Shown here piece after piece: positions 28,211 to 36,700 of a DNA stretch of 64,000 nucleotides. Source of the stretch: an uncultured Gammaproteobacteria bacterium (GTDB taxonomy: Bacteria > Patescibacteriota > Patescibacteriia > Patescibacteriales > UBA12465); NCBI GenBank assembly GCA_964466835.1, contig CAYXNV010000003.1:517-64516 (forward strand), written 5' to 3'. A model generated the notes under the pieces. That model was not told the origin of the DNA, did not search any database, and saw only the letters and a program-made list of their open reading frames with translations. A program made the translations under genes and the position numbers. Each line of letters opens with the position of its first letter. Positions within the stretch are counted from its first letter, which is position 1.

Positions 28211-28408
28211 TTATTTCTTATTTTGAAAAAACCCTCTGGCAATAAATATTCCGGTGGCAATTCCAATTATAAATAACAACACTTCTGGTGTTTTATCCTT
28301 TGATAACAACACTGCAATAATAGCAATTGCTGGTGCAATTCCCATCATTGCTTTTCTGGGAATAACTATATTCTCTTGTTTTGACTTCTCATTTATCTTT
28401 TTAGACAT
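28211..28408 (-). CDS. small membrane protein (65 aa)
   Basis: Two hydrophobic helices. It lies 14 nt downstream of the 28423 gene on the same strand. Confidence 0.4.
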   Translation of the reverse strand: MSKKINEKSKQENIVIPRKAMMGIAPAIAIIAVLLSKDKTPEVLLFIIGIATGIFIARGFFQNKK

Positions 28409-28422
28409 TATATTAATTATGA

Positions 28423-28959
28423 TTAATTAAAATCACCTTCGATAATATGTTTTTCAGGGATAGCATCTACTTTAGTCTCTTCAGTAATAACCACTCTTTT
28501 ATAGCTTGGAGACTCCTGATCTGATACATATTCCAAAATCCACATATTGTTCTCATCTTTGCTCATCACACCAGTTGAGAAAAATTTTAGTGGACTAGGC
28601 TGGACTAACCAACCTTCATACTTATTATTATCTTTCGGGTTAGGCATAGAAGCAACTACAGCGTGATAGAGTTGGCCATCTTTTAATAAACGATAGGCTG
28701 TGCCACTGGAATTACTGCCATCAACTGCTTTTAAATCAGTTAGTTCAGTAGCATTATCTTGTTTTACCAAATTCAAGACACTTATTTCTTCCTTAATATC
28801 ACTTTCAACTTCTTCAATAACTTGGCTATTTTCTTGCTCTAATTGCAATGGCTCCCCATCTTCCACTTCTATCCTTGTTGACTCATTATTTCTTAACACC
28901 AAAACAACACTTAAAATAACTAGGATGACGATAATTAAAAATATAATAGTTTTCTTCAT
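28423..28959 (-). CDS. N-terminally anchored extracytoplasmic protein; weak resemblance to the anti-sigma-K RskA C-terminal domain
   Basis: 178-aa ORF with an N-terminal TM segment (IIFLIIVILVILSVVLVL). The C-terminal pattern YEGWLV....P...STGVM resembles the RskA-type Y-LWL...G.P.S.G motif. Confidence 0.35.
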   Translation of the reverse strand: MKKTIIFLIIVILVILSVVLVLRNNESTRIEVEDGEPLQLEQENSQVIEEVESDIKEEISVLNLVKQDNATELTDLKAVDGSNSSGTAYRLLKDGQLYHAVVASMPNPKDNNKYEGWLVQPSPLKFFSTGVMSKDENNMWILEYVSDQESPSYKRVVITEETKVDAIPEKHIIEGDFN

Positions 28960-29001
28960 GTTTATATTATATCAAAAAATCGCCTAAAAGACGATTTATT
29001 T

Positions 29002-29025
29002 AATGCGGAACGGACGGGACTCGAA
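29002..29025. repeat. orphan copy of the tRNA-Asp 3' end (att-like direct repeat, distal copy)
   Basis: AATGCGGAACGGACGGGACTCGAA is identical over 24/24 nt to 33478-33501 in the same orientation. No tRNA body is attached. Confidence 0.85.
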
Positions 29026-29249
29026 TTGTCAAAAGTGATGATGAGAAAAGTTAATGAAAATGGGGATTTTGTTTAATGTTAGGAATAATATAGAATTATC
29101 TATAGTTATCTGTGTTAGTCTAATTTATCTATTTTTATCACTTCTTGGTCTATATATGGTCAACACTGTTGATTTGGCGATATGAGGGGAGTGGTGAAAA
29201 TATGTTAACACACTTGACAAACTCACTTTAGCTTGATAAAGTGTATAGC

Positions 29250-29561
29250 ATGAATGATATTAATTGGAAAACCAAAGAGAATCAACAACTTTTGTCTGCC
29301 TTCTTAATTCCAAAGAATAAAGAGGAGATGAAGTCTTTTTTGCGTGATTTGATGACCGCAAAAGAGATAGAAGAATTTTCCAATCGACTAGAAGCTGCCA
29401 AATTATTAACAAAGAAATCTAACTATATCGCAATAACTAAAAAAACAGGACTATCCTCTACAACTATTGCCAGAATATCAAAATGGTTAAACGGATCTCT
29501 GGGTGGATATAGGCTGGTATTAAAACAACTACATCATACAAAACTTTCTCGCTTCCGCTAG
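29250..29561 (+). CDS. TrpR-like (YerC/YecD family) helix-turn-helix protein
   Basis: The pattern LLSAFL...N.EEM..FLRDL.T..EIEEFS.RLE.AKLL......Y..I...TG.S..TIARIS..LN...GGY matches YerC/YecD. The track start is the GTG at 29241. Promoter TTGACA (29214-29219)-N17-TAAAGT (29237-29242) would place the transcription start at about the ATG at 29250, giving a leaderless mRNA. A terminator (CTCTCC-ttggcg-GGAGAG plus T6) lies at about 29598-29628. Confidence 0.75.
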   Translation: MNDINWKTKENQQLLSAFLIPKNKEEMKSFLRDLMTAKEIEEFSNRLEAAKLLTKKSNYIAITKKTGLSSTTIARISKWLNGSLGGYRLVLKQLHHTKLSRFR

Positions 29562-29638
29562 GAAAGAAAAGTTTTTGTATTGTTATTTTTTCAAAAACAG
29601 CTCTCCTTGGCGGGAGAGTTTTTTAATTTACTTATATT

Positions 29639-30397
29639 ATGAACCAAAAAATTAACCAAAACAAAAAATTTCTAATTATAGTCGCAACTCATGGCGATGA
29701 GTCTTTTAGCGTGCCTATAACAAAGAATCTCAAAACAAAATTCTCTAATAAATTTGATTATATTATTGGCAATCCAAGGGCGCTAAAAGAAAAAAAGAGA
29801 TTTATTGACGCTGACTTAAATCGTGTTGCTCCTGGAAAAGAGTTTTCAAGATTATATGAAATCAAAAGAGCTTTTATGATTATGCGGAAATCTAAAAACT
29901 ACAAATTTGTTTTAGATATACACGGAACAGTCTCACAATCATCCATTTTCACTATTGTCACCAATCCAAGGCCTGCCAATATCAATCTTGCATATTCTTT
30001 GCCGATAGATAGAGTTGTTATATGGGGCGGTAGAAATAATGGCAGAAGAACGGGCCCCATATCTCGTTTTGTTAAGTGTGGTGTCGGAATTGAATGTGGC
30101 TCTAAAAACTCTAAAGAAACAAAAAATAATTTGTCAGACAAATTAACACAATTCTTAGAAGATGATGCTCAAAATTATGAGGAAATGAACAAAAAAGAAT
30201 TGTATCAAGTTTTTGGAGAAATCAAAAGGGGAGGCATAAACTCTCAAGAGAAAAAGAGATTAAAAGACTTTGAAGAAATAACAATAAACAATCAAACTTT
30301 TTTCCCTCTTTTAACAAAACAACAAGAAAATAAAAATATTATTTGCTATAAAATGAGAAAATTAAATTTCTATGAAAAATTTAGTTTTCCCTACTAA
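29639..30397 (+). CDS. succinylglutamate desuccinylase/aspartoacylase (AstE/AspA) family zinc hydrolase
   Basis: 252-aa ORF with the zinc-ligand pattern ATHGDE, then DADLNR, then DIHGT. Confidence 0.7.
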   Translation: MNQKINQNKKFLIIVATHGDESFSVPITKNLKTKFSNKFDYIIGNPRALKEKKRFIDADLNRVAPGKEFSRLYEIKRAFMIMRKSKNYKFVLDIHGTVSQSSIFTIVTNPRPANINLAYSLPIDRVVIWGGRNNGRRTGPISRFVKCGVGIECGSKNSKETKNNLSDKLTQFLEDDAQNYEEMNKKELYQVFGEIKRGGINSQEKKRLKDFEEITINNQTFFPLLTKQQENKNIICYKMRKLNFYEKFSFPY

Positions 30398-30402
30398 AAA
30401 AT

Positions 30403-30945
30403 ATGAACAAAAAGAAACTACAAATAGGTGTATTAGGGTGGGCAGGTTCTGAAGAATATCCTTCAGGTGGCCCCACACGAAAGGAACTAGATATGGCTCA
30501 AGAGGTAGGCTATTTGTTAGCCAAGAAAGGAACTGCAGTTGTAGCAGGCGGTAAAGGAGGAATAATGGAGTCAGCCGCCAAAGGTGCTAAAGAAATAAAA
30601 AATAGCATCACCATAGGTGTTATTACTGGTCCTCGAGGCACGTCAAATCAATGGATTGATGTGGAAATAATCACTGGAGCTAAAATATCTGGGTGGGATG
30701 AGGTTTTGCTTCCACTTATGTGTGATGCGGTGATTATTATTGGTGGAGGAGTTGGCACCTTACAAGAAATTTGCGTTAGCTATAGAAACAAAATTCCAAT
30801 CATTATCATGGAAGAAAGTTTTGGTTGGGCCTCCAAGGTTTTAGCAGAAAAATATCTAGATTCAAGAAAAACCACACCAATTCTATCAGCTCAAAGCCCC
30901 AAAGAAGCAGTAGACAAAGCTATAAAACAAGCATATGGAAAATAG
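30403..30945 (+). CDS. LOG-family/TIGR00725-like Rossmann-fold nucleotide-binding protein (SLOG superfamily)
   Basis: 180-aa ORF with IGVLGWAGS..., VVAGGKGGIMESAAKGA and DAVIIIGGGVGTLQEI, the signature GG.GGvMe and GG.GT..E motifs. Confidence 0.75.
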   Translation: MNKKKLQIGVLGWAGSEEYPSGGPTRKELDMAQEVGYLLAKKGTAVVAGGKGGIMESAAKGAKEIKNSITIGVITGPRGTSNQWIDVEIITGAKISGWDEVLLPLMCDAVIIIGGGVGTLQEICVSYRNKIPIIIMEESFGWASKVLAEKYLDSRKTTPILSAQSPKEAVDKAIKQAYGK

Positions 30946-31007
30946 AAAAAAATATTTCATCATTATAAAGCATCATAACTCTTTCTTTTTGTAGAGAGAG
31001 GTTAGTT

Positions 31008-31763
31008 GTGCTGTTTAAAGAACATTTATCCCTTCTCTGCAAAAGAGATGAAATAAAAAGTTCTTTAAACAATAAAATACTTATCATGAAAACATTTAAT
31101 TACACTCAAAAAATCATCACTGATGGACGCGTCATCCTTATTGACGAGCCACTAACAAAAGAAATTCAATGTGAACTACAACAGCTACAAACCAAAGATG
31201 GGCAAGAATTAGTTTTTCTAGAAGATCGGATTCTAGCTAAACACCTTGAAGTTTCTCTTGAAAAAATAAGCAAAGAGAACAACAACGTATTATTCGTATT
31301 TCCTGGCAACGGATCAAATTATCCTCGCAAAACCTCACAAGTTTGGAGAAAATATCTCCATACCAGTGTTCATGCAAAAAGATTTTGGTCTCCAGGGATG
31401 GATCCAATATCAATTGCTAACGAAATTATGCCTGAAAAGTTTTTAGTAACAGACATCAAAACAATTGTGGTGGTTGATGATGTTATTTCATCAGGAAAAA
31501 CCATGCGAGCACTCTACAAAAAGAATTCATGGAAATTCACTCAAGCAGAGTGGATAGCCACGTCGTGGTTATCACAATCTTTAGATTTTGGAATTAAGGG
31601 ATATCAGCAGATACATACAGCCTGTGTTGTTAAAAAAACAATACAAGGCAAAGTTCCAATAAATTCTCTTAGCACTCTAAGAAAAAATGAAGAAATCATT
31701 AATATTTACTCTCAAAGACATTTCCAAAAACCAAAAAAGTTCATGGATTTAATAAGACGCTAG
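31008..31763 (+). CDS. type-I phosphoribosyltransferase-like protein with a divergent N-terminal region
   Basis: PRPP-binding loop TIVVVDDVISSGKTM. The GTG at 31008 is preceded by a GAGAGG SD-like sequence. An alternative start is the ATG at 31086. A hairpin (AGACGCTAG-ataa-CTAGCGTCT plus T) spans the stop codon. Confidence 0.6.
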   Translation: MLFKEHLSLLCKRDEIKSSLNNKILIMKTFNYTQKIITDGRVILIDEPLTKEIQCELQQLQTKDGQELVFLEDRILAKHLEVSLEKISKENNNVLFVFPGNGSNYPRKTSQVWRKYLHTSVHAKRFWSPGMDPISIANEIMPEKFLVTDIKTIVVVDDVISSGKTMRALYKKNSWKFTQAEWIATSWLSQSLDFGIKGYQQIHTACVVKKTIQGKVPINSLSTLRKNEEIINIYSQRHFQKPKKFMDLIRR

Positions 31764-31810
31764 ATAACTAGCGTCTTTTTCATGCAAGCGTAATATAAAA
31801 TTGTTTGAGC

Positions 31811-33196
31811 TTATTTAAACCTATGGGCAATTTCTATTTTCTTAACTAAAAATTCCAAAATGTTGCCACCCCTAAACTTAAAATAAAAATTATCTATAAG
31901 TTGAATCATGCGTTTAGCATCAGCTATTTGTTCCGGAGAATTAGCCGTGTTATTAATCACTCCATTATATTTACTTACAACATTATCAATATCCCCTGAA
32001 GTATCCAACGAGGTTTCTAAGTATGCACGAATCCATTGAGAATAAAATTCTGACAAATTGTCTTTTAGTTTTATAGAATCAATAACATGTGTTGCCGAGA
32101 CTTTTTTATCTTTTATTTGTTGATACAAGTCTGGTTTTTTCTTTCTCAAGATGAGCAAAAAGCTTAAAAAAATTGGATGTAAAAAATGATTTTCCGGAGT
32201 AACCCTAATCACAACCACAATTTGAGAAATAATTTGCTCAATTTCTCTTAAACTAAAGTCAAACAGAGAAAATAATTGGGATAAAGACGCAACTATATTG
32301 TCCTTATCATGTTGCAACTCTGGAGATTTGTTCCTGGCATTAAAAAAATCATCAAGCCCATACCTCTCTAATGTAAATTTAATAAAAGCTTCATTGTCAG
32401 GCTTAGGGAGATTGTACTCGAAATCAATAAACTTATCTAAATATCCAGGAACATCCATTCCTACTCCATATAAAGTTTCTAAAGAGCATCCTATTTGCTT
32501 CTTATCTATTCCTAAAACAAACACCAAATTTTTTATTGAAAAAAGATGCTTGATTTTTTCTAAAACCTGGACAGCATAGTCTGGGCGACATCTGTCTAAT
32601 TCATCAACAATAAAAACCAACGGTCCGTCAGCAGAAACTTCTTCGCTGAATTTTTCTAAGTTTTTTTTAAAATCTGCTAATGATTCTTTTGTTTTTTCAT
32701 ACAAAACAAATTGCTCCTCTGCTATCTCCTTGGTCATGTCAGATATTGTTTCTTTTGCCACATCCGACATATCCACCAACCCTTGTGTTGCCAGCTTTAC
32801 AGCAACAGGAATGCCCTTTTTTATTAAGCCATAACCTATTTCTTTAGCTTTCTTTAAATATTTTAAAGCATTAGCTTTTTTCTCTGCATCTATTTCATAG
32901 TTTTCTAAATGCAGCTCCATTTCTTTGATAATTGCAATCAAAGCATCGTCATTAAAATCAGTGGCCCAAGCATTAAAATACAAGGAATGAACATTATTGT
33001 TTTTTAAGTGAGCTTGCCACATTTGCAAAAAAGTAGTTTTCCCAGTGCCCCACGGAGAATCTATGGCTATAACATAGGACTCCCTGAAGCTTTTGATAAA
33101 TTCTGTCAAAATTTCAGCGTTTTCTTTTCTTTTTAACGCATCCTTTTGAAAGGTATCTTCGCTATTTATTATCAAAGGTTGTAATTTGATATGCAT
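31811..33196 (-). CDS. KAP-family P-loop NTPase
   Basis: 461-aa ORF with Walker A in the typical KAP context (VIAIDSPWGTGKTTFLQMW) and Walker B FIVDELDRCRPDYAVQVLEKIKHLF. The insert between the motifs is amphipathic rather than clearly transmembrane. Confidence 0.8.
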   Translation of the reverse strand: MHIKLQPLIINSEDTFQKDALKRKENAEILTEFIKSFRESYVIAIDSPWGTGKTTFLQMWQAHLKNNNVHSLYFNAWATDFNDDALIAIIKEMELHLENYEIDAEKKANALKYLKKAKEIGYGLIKKGIPVAVKLATQGLVDMSDVAKETISDMTKEIAEEQFVLYEKTKESLADFKKNLEKFSEEVSADGPLVFIVDELDRCRPDYAVQVLEKIKHLFSIKNLVFVLGIDKKQIGCSLETLYGVGMDVPGYLDKFIDFEYNLPKPDNEAFIKFTLERYGLDDFFNARNKSPELQHDKDNIVASLSQLFSLFDFSLREIEQIISQIVVVIRVTPENHFLHPIFLSFLLILRKKKPDLYQQIKDKKVSATHVIDSIKLKDNLSEFYSQWIRAYLETSLDTSGDIDNVVSKYNGVINNTANSPEQIADAKRMIQLIDNFYFKFRGGNILEFLVKKIEIAHRFK

Positions 33197-33477
33197 ATTA
33201 TTTTAAAATTATAAGATACCTATATTTATTATACCAAAAAGCATACGAGTTAAAAATAATCTTAAAAAACGGACGGGTTTTTGGACTAGCAAAAAATATT
33301 ATTTCTCAATAAATACTAATATTTCCCAACATATTAAATGGCAATATTTATACATTTCCCATCTCGTGGGCAACTGGCGGTCAACACCTATGTTTTAGTG
33401 ATTTAAAAATGAAATTTCAAAAAGTCATTTTAATACCGTAAAATAAGAAAAAACAAGGCGTTAACCTTGTTTCTATA

Positions 33478-33501
33478 AATGCGGAACGGACGGGACTCGA
33501 A
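33478..33501. repeat. att-like direct repeat, tRNA-proximal copy
   Basis: It covers the last 20 nt of tRNA-Asp (33482-33501) plus 4 nt downstream, and is identical to 29002-29025. Confidence 0.85.
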
Positions 33502-33555
33502 CCCGCGACCTCCTGCGTGACAGGCAGGCGTTCTAACCAACTGAACTACCGCTCC
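33482..33555 (-). tRNA. tRNA-Asp (anticodon GUC)
   Basis: The reverse complement GGAGCGGTAGTTCAGTTGGTTAGAACGCCTGCCTGTCACGCAGGAGGTCGCGGGTTCGAGTCCCGTCCGTTCCG is almost identical to E. coli tRNA-Asp. The anticodon loop is CTGTCAC. Confidence 0.95.
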
Positions 33556-33693
33556 ATTGTGTTACAAAAAAGGCTATATACCTAGCCACAGGGGAATAAT
33601 AGCAAAAAGTTTCTCCCTTGTCAAAATTTATTATCTGCGCTATAATTATAGTATAAAACTAGCCATTACGTAGTTTTTTTAATACCGAAATAT

Positions 33694-34077
33694 ATGGAAA
33701 AAGCCCTAAATGAAAAAACAATTAAAGAGATTAAAGATCAACTTTTAGCCCGGAAAAAGCGGATTGAAGATGATTTAAAGGAATTGTCACGTAAAGACGC
33801 TCATGAGGCTGATAATATGACTGCTAAATTTCCTGAATACGGTGATAAACCAGATGAGAACGCTCAGGAAATAAGTGATTACTCTACTAATGTTGTAGCA
33901 GAGAAGGTCTTAGAAAAATCTCTAGAAGATATTAATAAAGCCCTTGATAGAATAGAAAAGGGTGTTTATGGTGTTTGTAAATATTGTAATGGCTCAATTG
34001 GCGAAAAACGGATGATAGCTAGACCAACTGCCGGGGCTTGTATCACCTGTAAGACAAAACTACAAGAGAATGATTAA
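33694..34077 (+). CDS. DksA/TraR-family C4 zinc-finger protein
   Basis: 127-aa ORF with a coiled-coil N-terminus and a C-terminal CKYC-x17-CITC zinc finger. Promoter TTGTCA-N17-TATAAT lies at about 33630-33658. Confidence 0.75.
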   Translation: MEKALNEKTIKEIKDQLLARKKRIEDDLKELSRKDAHEADNMTAKFPEYGDKPDENAQEISDYSTNVVAEKVLEKSLEDINKALDRIEKGVYGVCKYCNGSIGEKRMIARPTAGACITCKTKLQEND

Positions 34078-34546
34078 TTCTATATATACAAGATATTTTA
34101 AAAATATAGCTATTTATCTACTAATAGCTATATTTTTTATTGGTGATCGTTATTTAAAGCATTTAGCTGTTAATGATGTTTTCAGCCCGCCAAAAGAAAT
34201 AATAGCTAATCTATTTTCTCTTAAATTCACTGCTAATTATCAGATGGCCTTTTCTCTGCCTTTTCAGGGTTGGCTCTTAGATCTAATAGTTATTACTGTA
34301 ACAACCCTATTATTGATAGCTATCATATATTTAGCTACAAAAAAGGAGAGGGATAGAATAAATATTATACTCTTGACAATTATTCTATTTGGTGCTATAA
34401 GTAATCTTACTGATAGGCTATCACTAGGTTATGTAATTGACTATCTTGATGTTCAATATTTCACTGTTTTTAACCTAGCTGATGTGATGATTAGTGTTGG
34501 AGCGATTATTGTGATAATAAGGAATTTAAAAAAGAAATATGTTTAA
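34070..34546 (+). CDS. lspA: lipoprotein signal peptidase II
   Basis: 158-aa ORF with four TM segments and the conserved NLTDRL..GYVIDYL and FNLADVMISVG motifs (catalytic Asp residues). Confidence 0.85.
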   Translation: MINSIYTRYFKNIAIYLLIAIFFIGDRYLKHLAVNDVFSPPKEIIANLFSLKFTANYQMAFSLPFQGWLLDLIVITVTTLLLIAIIYLATKKERDRINIILLTIILFGAISNLTDRLSLGYVIDYLDVQYFTVFNLADVMISVGAIIVIIRNLKKKYV

Positions 34547-35201
34547 CTATGATCGTTTAGAAAGATCAACTAATATTGAGAGCTCAGGTGTGTTTCTGGA
34601 ACATGACTATTTTAAAAGTGTAAAAAAACTTCCCTATAAACAGGAAGCGAATGATAAAATAGATGGAATTGATGAGGTTTCTGCAGATATGAGTCCAATC
34701 GAGAGAGCAGAAATGATGATGAAGAAAAAACAAAAAGCTTTAGAAACACCTGATGATTTTTATAAAAATTCTTATTTAAAATATAAGGATGCAATGGAGA
34801 TAGTTGAAAAATGCCAACCATTTGATCCGGAAAATCCTACTCCCTTTTTTGCTCATCATCTCCACAAAAAAGTTTTAGAAAAATTGAATTTGGATAATGA
34901 AGACAAATTAAAATTCTTTACTGCCGTTGGCTCTCACCTTGATCATAATCACGGTGTTGATGCTTTCTTTAAACTTTATAGTAAACATGGAGAAGAAATA
35001 TCGAGAGCAACAATTGATTTAACTGAAAGAGAAAAAAGAGGAAAGGCTGATATGATATTGATTGTCTCTGATGACGAACAAGAACTCTATGATCCTAGTT
35101 CAGATAAATTTAACAAAGAAGAATTTGAAAAAAGATTAGAAGCAGAAGCTTTAAATATAAAAAAGATTTTAGAAATAAATCATAATAAAAATAAAAATTA
35201 G
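34539..35201 (+). CDS. hypothetical protein
   Basis: 220-aa ORF overlapping the lspA stop by 8 nt. It is soluble and charged, with no motif I recognise. Confidence 0.45.
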   Translation: MFNYDRLERSTNIESSGVFLEHDYFKSVKKLPYKQEANDKIDGIDEVSADMSPIERAEMMMKKKQKALETPDDFYKNSYLKYKDAMEIVEKCQPFDPENPTPFFAHHLHKKVLEKLNLDNEDKLKFFTAVGSHLDHNHGVDAFFKLYSKHGEEISRATIDLTEREKRGKADMILIVSDDEQELYDPSSDKFNKEEFEKRLEAEALNIKKILEINHNKNKN

Positions 35202-35224
35202 TTATTTAACATAAATCAAATATC

Positions 35225-35521
35225 GTGAGCAAGAAGGAAAGATTAATTGGAGCTGTCGCCAGAAACGAAGGCGAAGGTCTATATTCGGCTGAAAGGGTTG
35301 AATTAAAAAAATCATTCAAAAAAAAGAGTACTGTCTGCTGGATGTTTTGCAGTAACCATAATCGCTATTATGAAATTGATTCTGGTTATGCCGACTGGTT
35401 ATTAAAACAGAGCGGAGCCAAAAAACCTGACGACTGGAGTGAATATTATTTTGAAACTCAAAATATTTGCCGATACTGTCTAATAGACAAAGAGAGAAAA
35501 ATCCAACTCAAAAAAATCTAA
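35225..35521 (+). CDS. hypothetical small Cys-containing protein (possible zinc ribbon)
   Basis: 98-aa ORF with a GTG start and two Cys pairs, CWMFC and CRYC. It is followed by a bidirectional terminator (AAAGGATCC-tgatc-GGATCCTTT). Confidence 0.4.
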   Translation: MSKKERLIGAVARNEGEGLYSAERVELKKSFKKKSTVCWMFCSNHNRYYEIDSGYADWLLKQSGAKKPDDWSEYYFETQNICRYCLIDKERKIQLKKI

Positions 35522-35555
35522 CATTAAACGGAAAGGATCCTGATCGGATCCTTTT

Positions 35556-35984
35556 TTATTTTATAACTATTTCTCTTTCTGTTTCTGTCTTATGTTTAAT
35601 CTTTATCGTCTTGGCTTGTTTGGATAATAATTTTTTTATCTTCTCTGGCCACTCAATCGCTATTACTGCTTGAGAGTCTTTAAGAAATTCCAAAGCGCCT
35701 AAATTTATTAAATCTTCATCAGATTGAAGTCGATAGGTGTCAACGTGATAAAAACTTTTAATTTGTTTATTATCTTTTATTTTATAGACTTTAATGATGT
35801 TAAAAGTGGGGCTATTAATCTTTTCTTTAACACCCAGACCTTTAGCTAAACCTTGAATAAACTTAGTTTTTCCGGCCCCTAAATCTCCTTCCAAAGCAAA
35901 AATCTCTCCCCCACGGCAAGTTTTTCCTAGCTCATTTCCTAATTGAATTGTCTCCTTTTCACTTTTACTAATTATTTTCTTCAT
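35556..35984 (-). CDS. tsaE: tRNA threonylcarbamoyladenosine biosynthesis protein TsaE
   Basis: 142-aa ORF with LEGDLGAGKTKFIQGLAKGLG and SPTFNI, both characteristic of TsaE/YjeE. Confidence 0.88.
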   Translation of the reverse strand: MKKIISKSEKETIQLGNELGKTCRGGEIFALEGDLGAGKTKFIQGLAKGLGVKEKINSPTFNIIKVYKIKDNKQIKSFYHVDTYRLQSDEDLINLGALEFLKDSQAVIAIEWPEKIKKLLSKQAKTIKIKHKTETEREIVIK

Positions 35985-36055
35985 GTCTTTAGTTTAGTTT
36001 ATTTTCCTTAAAAAATAAAGAAAGGGACAAATTATGTCCCCTTCCAATGTTTTTA

Positions 36056-36499
36056 CTAAACAATTTTTAATACTTTAATCAAATGAACATCGTTATAAAA
36101 ACTGTCTCCAACTTTAGTACCAAGCAACTTCTGACCCATCCTACTATTAATGTTGCAGACACCTCTTACGCCGGATCGCAGTTCTTCAAGCCGGAAAGTA
36201 CTTTTATTCCCATCGCAACTAACTGTGATCGTATGACCAAATTCAACTTTTCCATTACTTTTTGGCGTAGGAACAACTTTAAATTTGTTGAAATTTGTTT
36301 CTAGCTCATTAAGTCTTTGTTTGGATCTTAACAATTTCTCATTTTCATTTGTTGAAGCAACTTCTTCAGGCGACTGATTATTTCTTCTGTCCTTAATGCC
36401 CTCTTCTATGGTTTCAATCTCATCCTCGATACTCTCAATCATTTTTTCTACATGATCATACGTCGCTTGAGTAACTTTAATTTGTCCTTGAATTCCCAT
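36056..36499 (-). CDS. GreA/GreB-family protein (C-terminal domain clear, atypical N-terminal coiled coil)
   Basis: 147-aa ORF. The C-terminal VEFGHTITV...INSRMGQKLLGTKVGDSF matches the Gre C-terminal domain pattern (IS..SP.G.ALLGK.VGD). Confidence 0.6.
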   Translation of the reverse strand: MGIQGQIKVTQATYDHVEKMIESIEDEIETIEEGIKDRRNNQSPEEVASTNENEKLLRSKQRLNELETNFNKFKVVPTPKSNGKVEFGHTITVSCDGNKSTFRLEELRSGVRGVCNINSRMGQKLLGTKVGDSFYNDVHLIKVLKIV

Positions 36500-36610
36500 T
36501 TTTATTAGTTTTAGTTTATTGAATGTACTTTAATCAATAATTTATTCTATAAAATTTGGCTGTTTTTGTCAATACAACAAAAACTATCTGTTTAAAGATA
36601 GTTTTTGTTT

Positions 36611-36687
36611 TGGTGGGCACACGAGGATTCGAACCCCGGACCCCTTCGGTGTAAACGAAGTGCTCTAACCAGCTGAGCTATGTGCCC
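36611..36687 (-). tRNA. tRNA-Val (anticodon UAC), CCA encoded
   Basis: The reverse complement reads GGGCACATAGCTCAGCTGGTTAGAGCACTTCGTTTACACCGAAGGGGTCCGGGGTTCGAATCCTCGTGTGCCCACCA. The anticodon loop is TTTACAC. Confidence 0.95.
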
Positions 36688-36700
36688 AATATAGCAAGTG

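Larger units (their letters stand above)
29002..33501. mobile_element. tRNA-Asp-associated genomic island (about 4.45 kb between the repeats), no integrase detected
   Basis: It is bracketed by the 24-bp direct repeat and carries five accessory ORFs. A hairpin plus T-run beyond the distal repeat (about 28975-29000, minus strand) looks like the original tRNA terminator. Confidence 0.6.

Noticed and set aside
33268-33277. A 10-nt fragment of the att core (AACGGACGGG) inside the island, considered as a second junction indicating tandem islands.
   Set aside because: It is too short to be significant on its own, and the surrounding sequence does not continue the tRNA match. It is mentioned only as weak supporting context.
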